From: an uncultured Gemmatimonadaceae bacterium | GTDB lineage: Bacteria > Gemmatimonadota > Gemmatimonadetes > Gemmatimonadales > Gemmatimonadaceae | Length of the DNA: 64,000 nt | Assembly: GCA_963761305.1 (NCBI GenBank) | Contig: CAVXGK010000002.1 | Location: 2,112,001 to 2,176,000 of the forward strand | Direction of reading: 5' to 3' | In this document: positions 38,270-48,200 of the stretch, one piece after another | How positions within the stretch are numbered: position 1 is the stretch's first letter | How the letters are laid out: each line of letters starts with the position of its first letter | Notes under the pieces: generated by a model | Seen by the model: the letters and a program-made list of their open reading frames with translations, nothing else | The model's database searches: none | What the model was told of the DNA's origin: nothing | Position numbers and translations under genes: made by a program

Positions 38270-40069
38270 ATGAGAAGACTATTGTTGCCCGTGGGCGCCT
38301 GTTTCCTGCTCGGTGCGTGCCGGCATGCGGGGGGACCGGCGTCGGGAGCGACGGACGTCGGCCTGCCGACGACCGATGCGCGTGGGGCGGCGAACTATAC
38401 CGGCGAGTTCCGGAAGCCGTCGTTCCCCGAGGCGTGGCCGTACAAGGCGGGGCGTGCGGCGGTGTTCGGCCAACACGCGATGGTGTCGAGCGACGCGCCG
38501 TTGGCGAGCGAAGCCGGCGCCAAAATCCTCGAAGCGGGCGGGAACGCGGTGGACGCGGCTGTGGCGACGGCGTTCGCGATGGCGGTCGTCTTTCCCGAGG
38601 CGGGCAACATCGGCGGCGGCGGATACATGTTGATCCGCATGGCCGACGGTCGCTCGGCGGCGCTCGACTTTCGCGAGGTCGCGCCGGCCGCCGCGTCGCG
38701 CGACATGTATCTCGACGAGCACGGGAATCTCACGCGGAACAGCGTCGTCGGTCCGTTGGCGAGCGGCGTGCCGGGATCGGTGGCCGGCTTGACCGAGGCG
38801 CTGGCGAAATACGGGACGATGTCGCTCGCCGACGTGATGGCGCCGGCGATCAGGTATGCCGAAGACGGGTTCATCGTCGACGCCGCGATGCAGCATTCGA
38901 TCGACAGCAACTGGCGGTTGATCTCGCAGTTCAGCGGCGGTGATTTGTTCGGGCCATTTCACTCGACACCCGGAAACCCGAACAAGGGAATCGGGTTGCG
39001 GATCAGGCAGCCGCAACTCGGGCGCACGCTGCGCCTCATCGCGCGCGAGGGCGCGGAAGGTTTCTACGCGGGGCAGACCGCCGAGTATATCGCGACACAG
39101 GAGAAACGCGACGGCGGGATCATCACGCTCGCGGATTTGGCGCGGTACAAGCCGGTGTGGCGCACGCCGATCGCGTCGACGTATCGGGGCTACACGCTGA
39201 TCACGATGCCGCCGTCGTCGTCGGGCGGCGTGACGGTGACGGAGACGCTGAATATTCTCGAGGGATTCCCGAAGCCGGCGCCATTCGGCAGCGCGGAGTA
39301 CGCCCACATCCTCGGCTCGGCCTATCAGCGCGCGTTTGTGGACCGGAACGAGAAGCTCGCCGACCCGGCGTTCGCGCAGGTGCCGCTCAATCAGCTCACC
39401 GACAAGAAGTACGCGTCGAAGCTGCGGGCGACGATCGGCAACGATCGCGCGACGCCGACGCCGGCCGTGGCGAAGGAGATGCGCGAAGGAGCGCAGACGA
39501 CGCACTTCTCGGTGGCCGACTCGCACGGCAATGCCGTCGCGACCACGACGACGCTCAACGCGCTGTACGGATCCGGCGTCTACATCCGCGACGGCGGATT
39601 CTTCATGAACGACGAGATGGACGACTTCGCCGCGGCGCCGGGGAAACCGAACATGTTCGGCCTGGTGCAAGGCGAGGCGAACGCGATCCAGCCCGGCAAG
39701 CGGATGCTGAGCGCGATGTCGCCGACGATCGTGCTGGACAAGGACGGCTCGCTGCTGCTCGTCGTCGGGAGCCGCGGCGGTCCGCGGATCATCACGAGCA
39801 CGTCGCAGGTGATTCTCAACGTGCTCGACCAGCACATGACGTTGTCCGACGCCGTGAGCGCGCCGCGGATTCATCATCAGGCGCTGCCGGACACGCTGTC
39901 GTTCGAGCGAAACGGCTTGTCGGACGCGGTGGTCGATTCGCTGCGCCGAATGGGTTACGGCGTCGCCCCGACGACCGGCGTCGGGTTGATCAACGCGATC
40001 ATGCGAGTGAAGGGCGGATACGAAGGGATGTCGGATCCGCGGTCGAGCGGACGGCCGGTCGGGTACTGA
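38270..40069 (+). CDS. ggt: Gamma-glutamyltransferase
   Basis: GGNAVDAAVA, GNIGGGG, DFRE, PPSSSGG, TTHFS nucleophile, NDEMDDF, PGKRMLSAMSP and GSRGG motifs. Confidence 0.96.
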   Translation: MRRLLLPVGACFLLGACRHAGGPASGATDVGLPTTDARGAANYTGEFRKPSFPEAWPYKAGRAAVFGQHAMVSSDAPLASEAGAKILEAGGNAVDAAVATAFAMAVVFPEAGNIGGGGYMLIRMADGRSAALDFREVAPAAASRDMYLDEHGNLTRNSVVGPLASGVPGSVAGLTEALAKYGTMSLADVMAPAIRYAEDGFIVDAAMQHSIDSNWRLISQFSGGDLFGPFHSTPGNPNKGIGLRIRQPQLGRTLRLIAREGAEGFYAGQTAEYIATQEKRDGGIITLADLARYKPVWRTPIASTYRGYTLITMPPSSSGGVTVTETLNILEGFPKPAPFGSAEYAHILGSAYQRAFVDRNEKLADPAFAQVPLNQLTDKKYASKLRATIGNDRATPTPAVAKEMREGAQTTHFSVADSHGNAVATTTTLNALYGSGVYIRDGGFFMNDEMDDFAAAPGKPNMFGLVQGEANAIQPGKRMLSAMSPTIVLDKDGSLLLVVGSRGGPRIITSTSQVILNVLDQHMTLSDAVSAPRIHHQALPDTLSFERNGLSDAVVDSLRRMGYGVAPTTGVGLINAIMRVKGGYEGMSDPRSSGRPVGY

Positions 40070-40157
40070 TCGCGTTTGGCTGCCGGCATTGCGGGCGGGC
40101 GAGCGAGCCGGGCTGCGAGCCATAAGCCTGAAGCAGTAGCTGTGAGCTTGAATAGGA

Positions 40158-40188
40158 AACGGGGCGCCGCAGAAACCGGCGCCCCGTT
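40158..40188. terminator. Bidirectional terminator-like hairpin
   Basis: aacggggcgccg-cagaaac-cggcgccccgtt between convergent genes. Confidence 0.7.
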
Positions 40189-40210
40189 CGACATCTCTAA
40201 CACGCGAACC

Positions 40211-41059
40211 TTACGCCTTGACCGTCGCCGCTGAGTTGAGCTTGACGACGATCGAACCGCCGGACGGTATGCAACCTTGATAGTTCGCCGTCTCGGCCGC
40301 GGCGGCGGCGCCGGCTCCGGCACCCACGACTCCGCCGATGACCGCGCCTTTGGTGCTCTTGCCGATCAGCTTCCCGGCGATCGCGCCGGCGACGGCCCCG
40401 ACGCCGACTTTCTGCGCGTCCTTGCTCCTCGGCTCGTCGCGGATTCGGTCGATCGACGCTGAGGTCACGGTGCCGTCGAGCGGAAACGTGCGTCCGCCGT
40501 ACGTCACTGAGTTCACCGCGAAGCCGATGACGACGGAATCGCCCGTGTTCTCCGCGCGCTTGAGCCGCGTGACGGTCATGTTCACCGCCGCGCCCGAGGG
40601 GATCGTCGCGCCGTTGGTGCCGGCGACAGCGCCCTCGAGCGTCGCGGTCACGTGGTCGCCGACGGCGTTTGTGTTCGTGCACACTCTGTCACTCGCGTGC
40701 AGGTTGAGCGTCGTGCCGGCGGCGATCGTTCCGACCCTTTCACGCTCCGCGGGAGTCGTCGCCGCCGCGCCGGGCGCGGGCGTCGACGGTCTCGCGTCGT
40801 GCGCTCGCGGCGGCGCCTCTCGACGCCTGTGCTCCGGTTCCGGGGCCTTCTCGGCAGTGACCGGAGCGTCCTTGAGCTGCGGCTTCGCCGCGGTGTCTTG
40901 ATTGGCCATTGCCAGATCGCGATTCAACGAGCTGTCAGCACCGAGCGCGGTGCTGTCCGGTCCCTTCTTCGCCTCAGGTTTGCACGCCGCGACAATCACT
41001 GCGGCGACGAGCAAGATCGAGGCTCCAAAACGGCGGGTATCTTTCATGGGTGGGATCAT
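40211..41059 (-). CDS. Lipoprotein with glycine-zipper motif
   Basis: AGGAGG RBS; lipobox VAAC; GAVAGAIAG..GAVIGGVVGAGAG. Confidence 0.75.
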   Translation of the reverse strand: MIPPMKDTRRFGASILLVAAVIVAACKPEAKKGPDSTALGADSSLNRDLAMANQDTAAKPQLKDAPVTAEKAPEPEHRRREAPPRAHDARPSTPAPGAAATTPAERERVGTIAAGTTLNLHASDRVCTNTNAVGDHVTATLEGAVAGTNGATIPSGAAVNMTVTRLKRAENTGDSVVIGFAVNSVTYGGRTFPLDGTVTSASIDRIRDEPRSKDAQKVGVGAVAGAIAGKLIGKSTKGAVIGGVVGAGAGAAAAAETANYQGCIPSGGSIVVKLNSAATVKA

Positions 41060-41087
41060 GAGAAAACCTCCTGGAGTAAGCTGAACA

Positions 41088-42953
41088 GTGGCAAAGTCAG
41101 TGCCGTCGCTAACATCGCTTCGGCGACTTGTTCCGTACTACCGACCGTACCGCGCGTCGGTGGTGATCGGGGTCGTGCTCATCGTCATATCAGCGGCGCT
41201 CGCGAGCGCGGTACCGTGGCTCCTGCGCCGAGCGCTCGACGGTATCCACGCCGGCGCTCCCCTGCGATCCATCTGGCTCCTCGGCGCCGCCATGATCGGC
41301 GTGTCGCTCGTGGGAGGTGTCGGACGCTTCTGGATGCGGGAGCTGCTCAACGGCATGAGCCGTTGGATCGAATACGACCTTCGTAACGATCTGTTCAGAA
41401 ATTTAGAACGATTGGACGCGAGTTACTACTCCCGTGTGCGCACTGGCGACCTGATGGCGCGCTTGACGAACGATTTGAGCGCCGTTCGGATGGCTGCCGG
41501 TCCGGCGGTGATGTACCTCACCAACACGATCGCTGGCGGCGCATTTGCTCTGGCGTTCATGGTGTACATATCGCCAGGATTGACAGTAGCCGCGGCGCTT
41601 CCGATGGCGCTGCTCCCGCTGTTGGGCATTCTCATCGGACGACGCATTCATGCACGATTCGAAGCGGTGCAGGCACACTTCTCTGATTTGACGACGCTGG
41701 CGCAGGAGAATCTTGCCGGAGTGCGCATCGTGCGCGCGTTCCGGCAGGAGCGCGCCGAGGTCGCGCGATTCGCCGCGCTCAACGAGGGCTACCTCGTGAA
41801 GAACATGGCGCTCGCGCAACTCTACGGTGCGATGCAGCCCGGCTTCGCGATTTTCGCGGGACTCGGCATGGTCGCCGTGGTCGGCGTCGGCGGCTCGCTG
41901 GTGCTAGGCGGTTCGATCACCGTCGGCAGCTTCGTGGCGTTCGGGCTGTACCTCGGCATGCTGACGTGGCCACTGATCGCGCTGGGCTGGGTGATCAACC
42001 TCTTTCAGCGCGGCGCGGCGTCGATGACGCGGCTGCTCGAGGTGCTGGATGCCAAGCCGTCGCTCGCTGAACCGGCGCAACCACGCGCGCTGCCGGCAAC
42101 GCGAAGCGGACGAAGCATCGAATTCCTTAACGTCGGATTCCACTATCCGTCACAAACGGGTGGGGAGCCTCGATGGGTACTTCGTAACGTGAACTTCATC
42201 GTTCCCGCTGGTGCGACGGTGGGCGTTGTCGGGGCGACCGCGAGCGGCAAGAGCGCGCTGATGGATCTCGTACCCCGCCTGTTCGATCCACAGGAAGGAG
42301 AGATCCGGATCGACGGCGTTCCGATTCGCGAACTCGAGCTCGCCACGCTGCGCCGCGAGATCGGCTACGTCCCGCAGGAGAGCTTTCTCTTTTCCGACAC
42401 GATCGGCAGCAACTTGTCGTACGCCGACACGACCGACGCGGACGGCCGCTGGGCGGCTGGAATCGCCCAGCTCGCCGAGACGATCGATCACTTCCCTGGC
42501 GGGTACGACACGGTGCTCGGCGAACGCGGGATCAACCTGTCGGGCGGGCAGAAGCAGCGGGCCGCGCTGGCGCGCGCGCTGGCGCGAAAGCCGGCGATCG
42601 TGCTGCTCGACGACGCACTGTCGGCGGTGGACACGCACACCGAAGCCGAGATTCTGCGCGCGCTCCGCGAGGCGCTGGCTGGGCGGACGGCGGTCATTGC
42701 GTCGCACCGGGTGAGCGCGATCCGCGACGCGACCTGGATCATCGTGCTCGACGAGGGGCGGGTCGTGGAACAAGGCAAGCACGCCGACCTCATCGCGGCC
42801 GGCGGCCGCTACTGGTCCTTGCTCAGCCGGCAGCAGTTGGAGGAGTCGATCGAGGAGGAGTCAGGGCAGGCGGCAGCCGGGACAGCTGGGGCGGACGGAG
42901 AGGGGTCATCCGAGTTGGCAGACGCGTTTCCGGGAGGTACACTCAACACATGA
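41088..42953 (+). CDS. ABC exporter, fused permease and ATPase
   Basis: TM domain with [12 protein letters not shown]; Walker [27 protein letters not shown]. Confidence 0.95.
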   Translation: MAKSVPSLTSLRRLVPYYRPYRASVVIGVVLIVISAALASAVPWLLRRALDGIHAGAPLRSIWLLGAAMIGVSLVGGVGRFWMRELLNGMSRWIEYDLRNDLFRNLERLDASYYSRVRTGDLMARLTNDLSAVRMAAGPAVMYLTNTIAGGAFALAFMVYISPGLTVAAALPMALLPLLGILIGRRIHARFEAVQAHFSDLTTLAQENLAGVRIVRAFRQERAEVARFAALNEGYLVKNMALAQLYGAMQPGFAIFAGLGMVAVVGVGGSLVLGGSITVGSFVAFGLYLGMLTWPLIALGWVINLFQRGAASMTRLLEVLDAKPSLAEPAQPRALPATRSGRSIEFLNVGFHYPSQTGGEPRWVLRNVNFIVPAGATVGVVGATASGKSALMDLVPRLFDPQEGEIRIDGVPIRELELATLRREIGYVPQESFLFSDTIGSNLSYADTTDADGRWAAGIAQLAETIDHFPGGYDTVLGERGINLSGGQKQRAALARALARKPAIVLLDDALSAVDTHTEAEILRALREALAGRTAVIASHRVSAIRDATWIIVLDEGRVVEQGKHADLIAAGGRYWSLLSRQQLEESIEEESGQAAAGTAGADGEGSSELADAFPGGTLNT

Positions 42954-43795
42954 GTCGGGTTGAATCCGCGGCAGACATCCGAGTGCCAATGAACGCATCG
43001 ACGAGCCCCGAACCGCGCCTCGCCGCCCTTCAAGCACGTTTCGAAGAGGCGATGCTGCAGATCGGCGAGCTCCGCGCGCGCGATAAGCTCAAGACGCAAT
43101 TCCTCGCCAACATCTCGCACGACCTGCGGACGCCGCTCACGGCGGTGATCACGCACGCCGAGATTCTGCGCGACGGGATCCTGGGCGACCTGTCGCCGCG
43201 GCAGCTCGAGAGCGTGAACGGGATCATTCACGGCGGGCGGCAGCTTCTCGAGCAGGTCGGCGAGATCCTCACCTACGCGCGCGGCGCGGCCGACCAACTC
43301 ACGCTCACGCCGACGCGGTTCGCGCTGCACGATGTGCTCGAGCAGGCGAGCGCGCTGAACGAGTCGCTGCTCAAGAAGAAGCGACTCACGCTGTTCGTCG
43401 AAGCCGACGCCGGCGTGCCGACGGTGACCGCCGACCGTGAGAAGATCGCGCACGTGGTCGGCAATCTGCTCGGCAACGCGATCGAGTTCACGCCGGCGGG
43501 CGGACGCGTGTGGCTCAAGGCATGCGTCGCGAGCGCGGAGACGACTCAGTCGGTGATGGTGGAGGTGGGCGACACGGGGGTCGGCATCGCGCCGGAGCAC
43601 CACGACCTCATCTTCCGCGAGTTCGCGCAGGTCGACGCGACGCCGTCGCGGCCGCACCACGGCACCGGGCTCGGACTCACGATCGCGCGCAAGCTGGTCG
43701 AGATGCACGGCGGTCGGATCTGGGTCGAGAGCCGGCTCGGCGCGGGTAGCCGTTTCTTCTTCACGGTTCCCATCGCGCCAGTGCGAGCCGATTGA
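42950..43795 (+). CDS. Histidine kinase without sensor domain
   Basis: [25 protein letters not shown] and GTGLGL motifs; ATGA overlap with the ABC gene. Confidence 0.92.
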   Translation: MSRVESAADIRVPMNASTSPEPRLAALQARFEEAMLQIGELRARDKLKTQFLANISHDLRTPLTAVITHAEILRDGILGDLSPRQLESVNGIIHGGRQLLEQVGEILTYARGAADQLTLTPTRFALHDVLEQASALNESLLKKKRLTLFVEADAGVPTVTADREKIAHVVGNLLGNAIEFTPAGGRVWLKACVASAETTQSVMVEVGDTGVGIAPEHHDLIFREFAQVDATPSRPHHGTGLGLTIARKLVEMHGGRIWVESRLGAGSRFFFTVPIAPVRAD

Positions 43796-43799
43796 GGCA

Positions 43800-44115
43800 C
43801 CCAAAAGCAACCGCAACGGCACAGCAACTGCTTCCACAGCAACTGCTTCGACGCAGAGACGCAGAGGATGCGGAGACGCAGAGAGGGTGGGCGCGCCGAA
43901 ACGAACTCTCGGTGGCGGCGGAGTTGAATTCCTTTTTGTGACTGCCGCTCGGGAAGCCACTAGAAGCATCCCGAGCGGCCGTTCCCAAGAAAGTCCCGGC
44001 TCGTGGCGGTAGGGATCTCGTGCGTCCGAGTACCCGCGTCCCTGCGTCTCTCCGTCCTCTGCGCCTCTGCGTCGATCGGTTGCAGTTGAAGTTGTCGTTG
44101 CAGTTGTCGTTTGGG
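43800..44115. repeat. Family B element, MITE-like with ~80-bp imperfect terminal inverted repeats
   Basis: cccaaa..caactgc..cgacgcagagacgcagagg (43800-43888) mirrored by cctctgcgcctctgcgtcg..gcagttg..tttggg (44035-44115). Confidence 0.8.
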
Positions 44116-44150
44116 AGTTGTGGGTGGGTATCACGCGATCGCCAGGTGAT

Positions 44151-44522
44151 TTGACCGTGTCGCCGCACATTCTCATTGTCGAGGACAACGAGCACGTCAC
44201 GAGCGCGCTCCAGATCATGCTGGAGACGGTGCCGTGGCGGGTTTCGGTGGCCGGATCGATCGGCGCGGCGCTGGCAATTTCGCGGAATGACCCGCCGGTC
44301 GTCGCGCTGCTCGACCTCACGCTGCCGGATGGCGACGGGCTTCTTCTCGTCGCGCCGTTGCACGCGTCCGGCGCGCGCAGGATCGTGGTGCTGACCGGCC
44401 ACGACGATTTCGCCACGCGTCAGCGGTGTCTCGACGCCGGGTGCGCGGACGTGCTGATCAAACCGGTGTCGGTGCGCGATCTCATGGACCTGAGCCGCAC
44501 CTGGCTGGTCGAGCTACAGTAG
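44151..44522 (+). CDS. Single-domain response regulator
   Basis: ILIVEDN, LLDLTLPDGDG, VLTG and IKPV motifs; start TTG 44151 or GTG 44157. Confidence 0.9.
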   Translation: MTVSPHILIVEDNEHVTSALQIMLETVPWRVSVAGSIGAALAISRNDPPVVALLDLTLPDGDGLLLVAPLHASGARRIVVLTGHDDFATRQRCLDAGCADVLIKPVSVRDLMDLSRTWLVELQ

Positions 44523-45236
44523 CTGTTTGAGCGCGTTGGGCGTCCAGCCTTGCAGGACGCCGGTGAGCACGGACATGTAGTCCGTGATCATGAGTATCGC
44601 CACGACGACGAGCACCGCGCCGGCGACCTTGGTGACCCAACCGAGATGACGCCGGATCACGGCGAACGCGGCGAGGAAGCGCTCGACGGCGACGGCCGAG
44701 AGCACGAACGGTACCGCGAGGCCTAGCGAATAGGCGCCGAGTAAGGCGACGCCTCGCGACACCTGCGCCTGGGTCGCCGCGTACGTCAGAATGCTGCCCA
44801 GGATCGGGCCGATGCAGGGCGTCCATCCCGCTCCGAACGCGATGCCGACGAGCACCGTGCCAAGAAAGCCGAGCGGCTTGTCGGTGAGATGGATCCGGCG
44901 CTCGCGGGTGAAGATGCCTAGGTTGAAGACGCCGAGCAGGTAGAGCCCGAAGATGAGAACGAGCACACCGCCAACGCGGCTGATCCAGACGCGGTACGTG
45001 ACGAGCAGGCGACCGATGAGCGTAGCCGATGCGCCGAGGGCGAGAAAGATGAGCGAAAAGCCGGCTACGAACAGCAACGCGTGGACGAGCGTCGTGCGGC
45101 GCGCGCGGCTGGCGTCGTCGAGCGAGAGCCCCGTGATGAAGGTGATGTAGCTCGGGATGAGCGGCAGTACACACGGCGAGAGAAAGCTCGCGAGCCCCGC
45201 GCCGAACGCGATCGCCACACCGACGGTGCCCGCCAA
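44514..45236 (-). CDS. ccdA: Cytochrome c biogenesis protein CcdA
   Basis: AGLASFLSPCVLPLIP and GWTPCIGPILGSIL; TTG start inferred. Confidence 0.92.
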   Translation of the reverse strand: MAGTVGVAIAFGAGLASFLSPCVLPLIPSYITFITGLSLDDASRARRTTLVHALLFVAGFSLIFLALGASATLIGRLLVTYRVWISRVGGVLVLIFGLYLLGVFNLGIFTRERRIHLTDKPLGFLGTVLVGIAFGAGWTPCIGPILGSILTYAATQAQVSRGVALLGAYSLGLAVPFVLSAVAVERFLAAFAVIRRHLGWVTKVAGAVLVVVAILMITDYMSVLTGVLQGWTPNALKQLL

Positions 45237-48200
45237 CGATCTCCCCCCTGCGCATATCGACGAGCCACCCGTCGTCCGAGGGCGCGCGTCTCGACTTTTG
45301 AAGTGGTACTTCGCGCTCAAATATCGCGTCTTCCGCCGGGAGCGGCGACCGCGCGACGGACGGCGCGGTCTCGTGATGCTGCAGATCGACGCGCTGGCAT
45401 ACGCCGAGTTGCGTCGCGCGATCGAGTTGGGCTACTGCCCGACGATCGAGCAAATGGTGCGCGAGCAGGGCTACACGCTGCGCCGCTGGTTCTGCGGGCT
45501 TCCGTCGGCCACACCGTACTGCCAGGCGGGATTCTTTCACGGCGAGAACGACGGCATTCCGGCGTTCCGGTTCTACGACAAGTCGGAGCAGCGCGTCATC
45601 ACGTGCAACACGCCGGCGGGCGTGCAATACATTCGCGACCGCATCACTGCGCCGGGCGCGCTGGCGGGCGGATCGAGCTACGTGAATCTGCTCGACGGTG
45701 ACGCGCAGAACGTCGCGTTCACCGTCGCGACGCGCGACCAGGCCTCAGTGTTCAAACGACTCGGCGGGTGGCGCATGGCGATGCTCATGCTCATCCACCC
45801 GATTCGCGTGCTGCGCATGGGCGCGCAGGCGGCGCTCGAGTGGCTCCGCGAAGACTACGAGCGCAGCATCTCGGAGTTGACGGGACGGCGGACGCACAGC
45901 GAAGGGTTGTTCCCGTTCATTCGCGTGTTGACGAGCGTCGTCGTGCGCGAGCTGCAGACGATGGCGATCCTGCTCGACGTGTACTCGGGCGTGCCCGTCA
46001 TCTACAGCACTTTCATGCAATACGACGAGCTCGGACATCACTTCGGGCCGGCCAGCTTCCAGGCGCTGCGCGATCTGCGCCGCACCGACGCACGCATTCG
46101 CGAAATCCGCCGCATGATCGCCAACGCGGGCGGGCGCGAGTACGACCTGGTGATTCTCTCGGACCACGGCATGACGCCGTCGGTGAGCTATCGCGTGCGG
46201 TTCGGCGAAACGCTGGGCACGACGATCGAGCACGTGTTGCAACGCGACGCCGCGCGCACGGGCGAGCGGCCCCTGAGCGCGAGCACGAGCTTCGCGCAAG
46301 ACGGCGAGTACGCCGACATGAGCGCGCGCGTCGTCGACGCGGTGGCCGAGGCGACGCCTGAGCGGCATCGCACCGTGCGCGGAATCCTGTTGAGGGCCCG
46401 CGATTGGGTGCGGAGCAGATACGGGCTTCGCGAACTGATCCTGCCCGAGAAATACCGCGTCGAGGCGGGGCAAGACGTGGTCGTGACCTACAGCTCCGAT
46501 CTGGCGCTCCTGTATTTCGCCGACGACCGGAATCCGCTCGACCTCGACCAGATCGCGGGAGACAACCGGCGTGCGGCGCTCTACGACGCGTTGCTCGACC
46601 ACCCCGGTGTAGGTCTCCTGGCAGCTCGGAGCGGAACCTCGGTTCACGTCGAGAGTAGCACCGGACGCGCGATTCTGGCCGACGGGGCCGTGCGTGTGCT
46701 CGAAGGCGCGAACCCTCTCGAGCCCTACGGGACTTCTTCTCTCGTGATCCGCGCCCTCGAACGGCTCGTCTGGCAACCGAACACCGGCGATCTCACGATC
46801 TTCGGGGCGTACGACGGCTATGAGATCGTCTCGTTCGACGATCAAATCGGCGCGCATGGGGCGGCCGGGGGAAACCAGTTGCATCCGTTCCTGATCGGTC
46901 CGCCGGAGCTCCAGTTGGAGCACGAGACGATCGACGACCCGCGCGACATCCACCGGGTGATTCTCGCGAAGTACATGGCGGGCGCGGCGCTCGCGTTCGC
47001 GTGCGTCGGACTGGGTGGAGCGCGTGCGTCGCTTCACGCACAACAGGCGACCCGACGGGACACGACCGGCGTCATCGCCGGCCGGGTGATCGACGCGGAG
47101 AAAGCGGAGCCGCGCGCGGGTACGACGATCTCGATCGTCGGGACGACGCGGGGCACCTTGGCCGACGCCGACGGCCGCTTCGTGATCAGCGCCGTGGCGC
47201 CGGGTGACCGGACGATTCGCGCGCACATACTCGGCTACGCGACGCTCGACCGCGCGGTGGTCGTGCGCGCCGGAGACACGACGCGCGTCGAGCTGCGGCT
47301 CGAGCCGGAAGCGCAGGTGCTGAGCGCGGTAAAGACGGAAGCAAAACCCATAGACCGCGAGCTGTTCGATTCCAGGCCGGCCGTCGGTACGGTGCAGCTC
47401 ACGGCGCGCGCGGCCGAGGGCGTGCCAAGGCTCGGTGATCCCGACGTAATGCGGATCGTGCAACTGCTGCCGGGCGTCGAAGCGCGCAACGATTTCTCGA
47501 CCGGGTTCAACGTGCGCGGCGGCGAGGCGGATCAAAATCTCATTCTCCTCGACGGCTATCCGATCTACAACCCGTTTCACCTCGGCGGATTGTTCAGCAC
47601 GTTCATCGATCCGACGGTGGGCGACATCACGCTCATGACGGGCGGCTTTCCCGCGCGCTACGGCAGCCGGCTGTCGAGCGTGCTCGACGTAAGCTCCGCC
47701 GAGGAGACGCGGGCCGGTCTGCACGGGACGGCCGAGCTGTCGTTGCTGTCGTCGACGGGCGAGTTGGGCGGTTCGTTCGACAGTGGGAAGGCGACGTGGA
47801 TGATCGCCGGACGTCGCACGTACGCCGACGAATTCGTGAAGCTGATCAGCAGCGACCAACTGCCGTATCACTTTCGCGACGAGCAGGCGCACTTCTCGTA
47901 CGCGTTCTCGCCGTCGACAAGACTGACCGTCACCGCGTACGACGGACGCGACATACTGAATGCCGACATCGCCTCGTTCAGCGACTCGACCGGCACGAAC
48001 GCGAGCGGCGGGTCGTTTCTATTCGACTGGGGAAACACGGTCGTCGGCGCGACGCTCGCGACGTCGTTCCGGCGCCCGAACGCTCAGTGGCTGTTCGGCG
48101 ACAGCGCGACAGCCGAGCAGCACGCGTCGCGCTCGCGGTTCTCGACGGCGCTGAATCTTGGCGCCGGTTCGCTCATCCTCACGAATGCGGTCAACGACAC

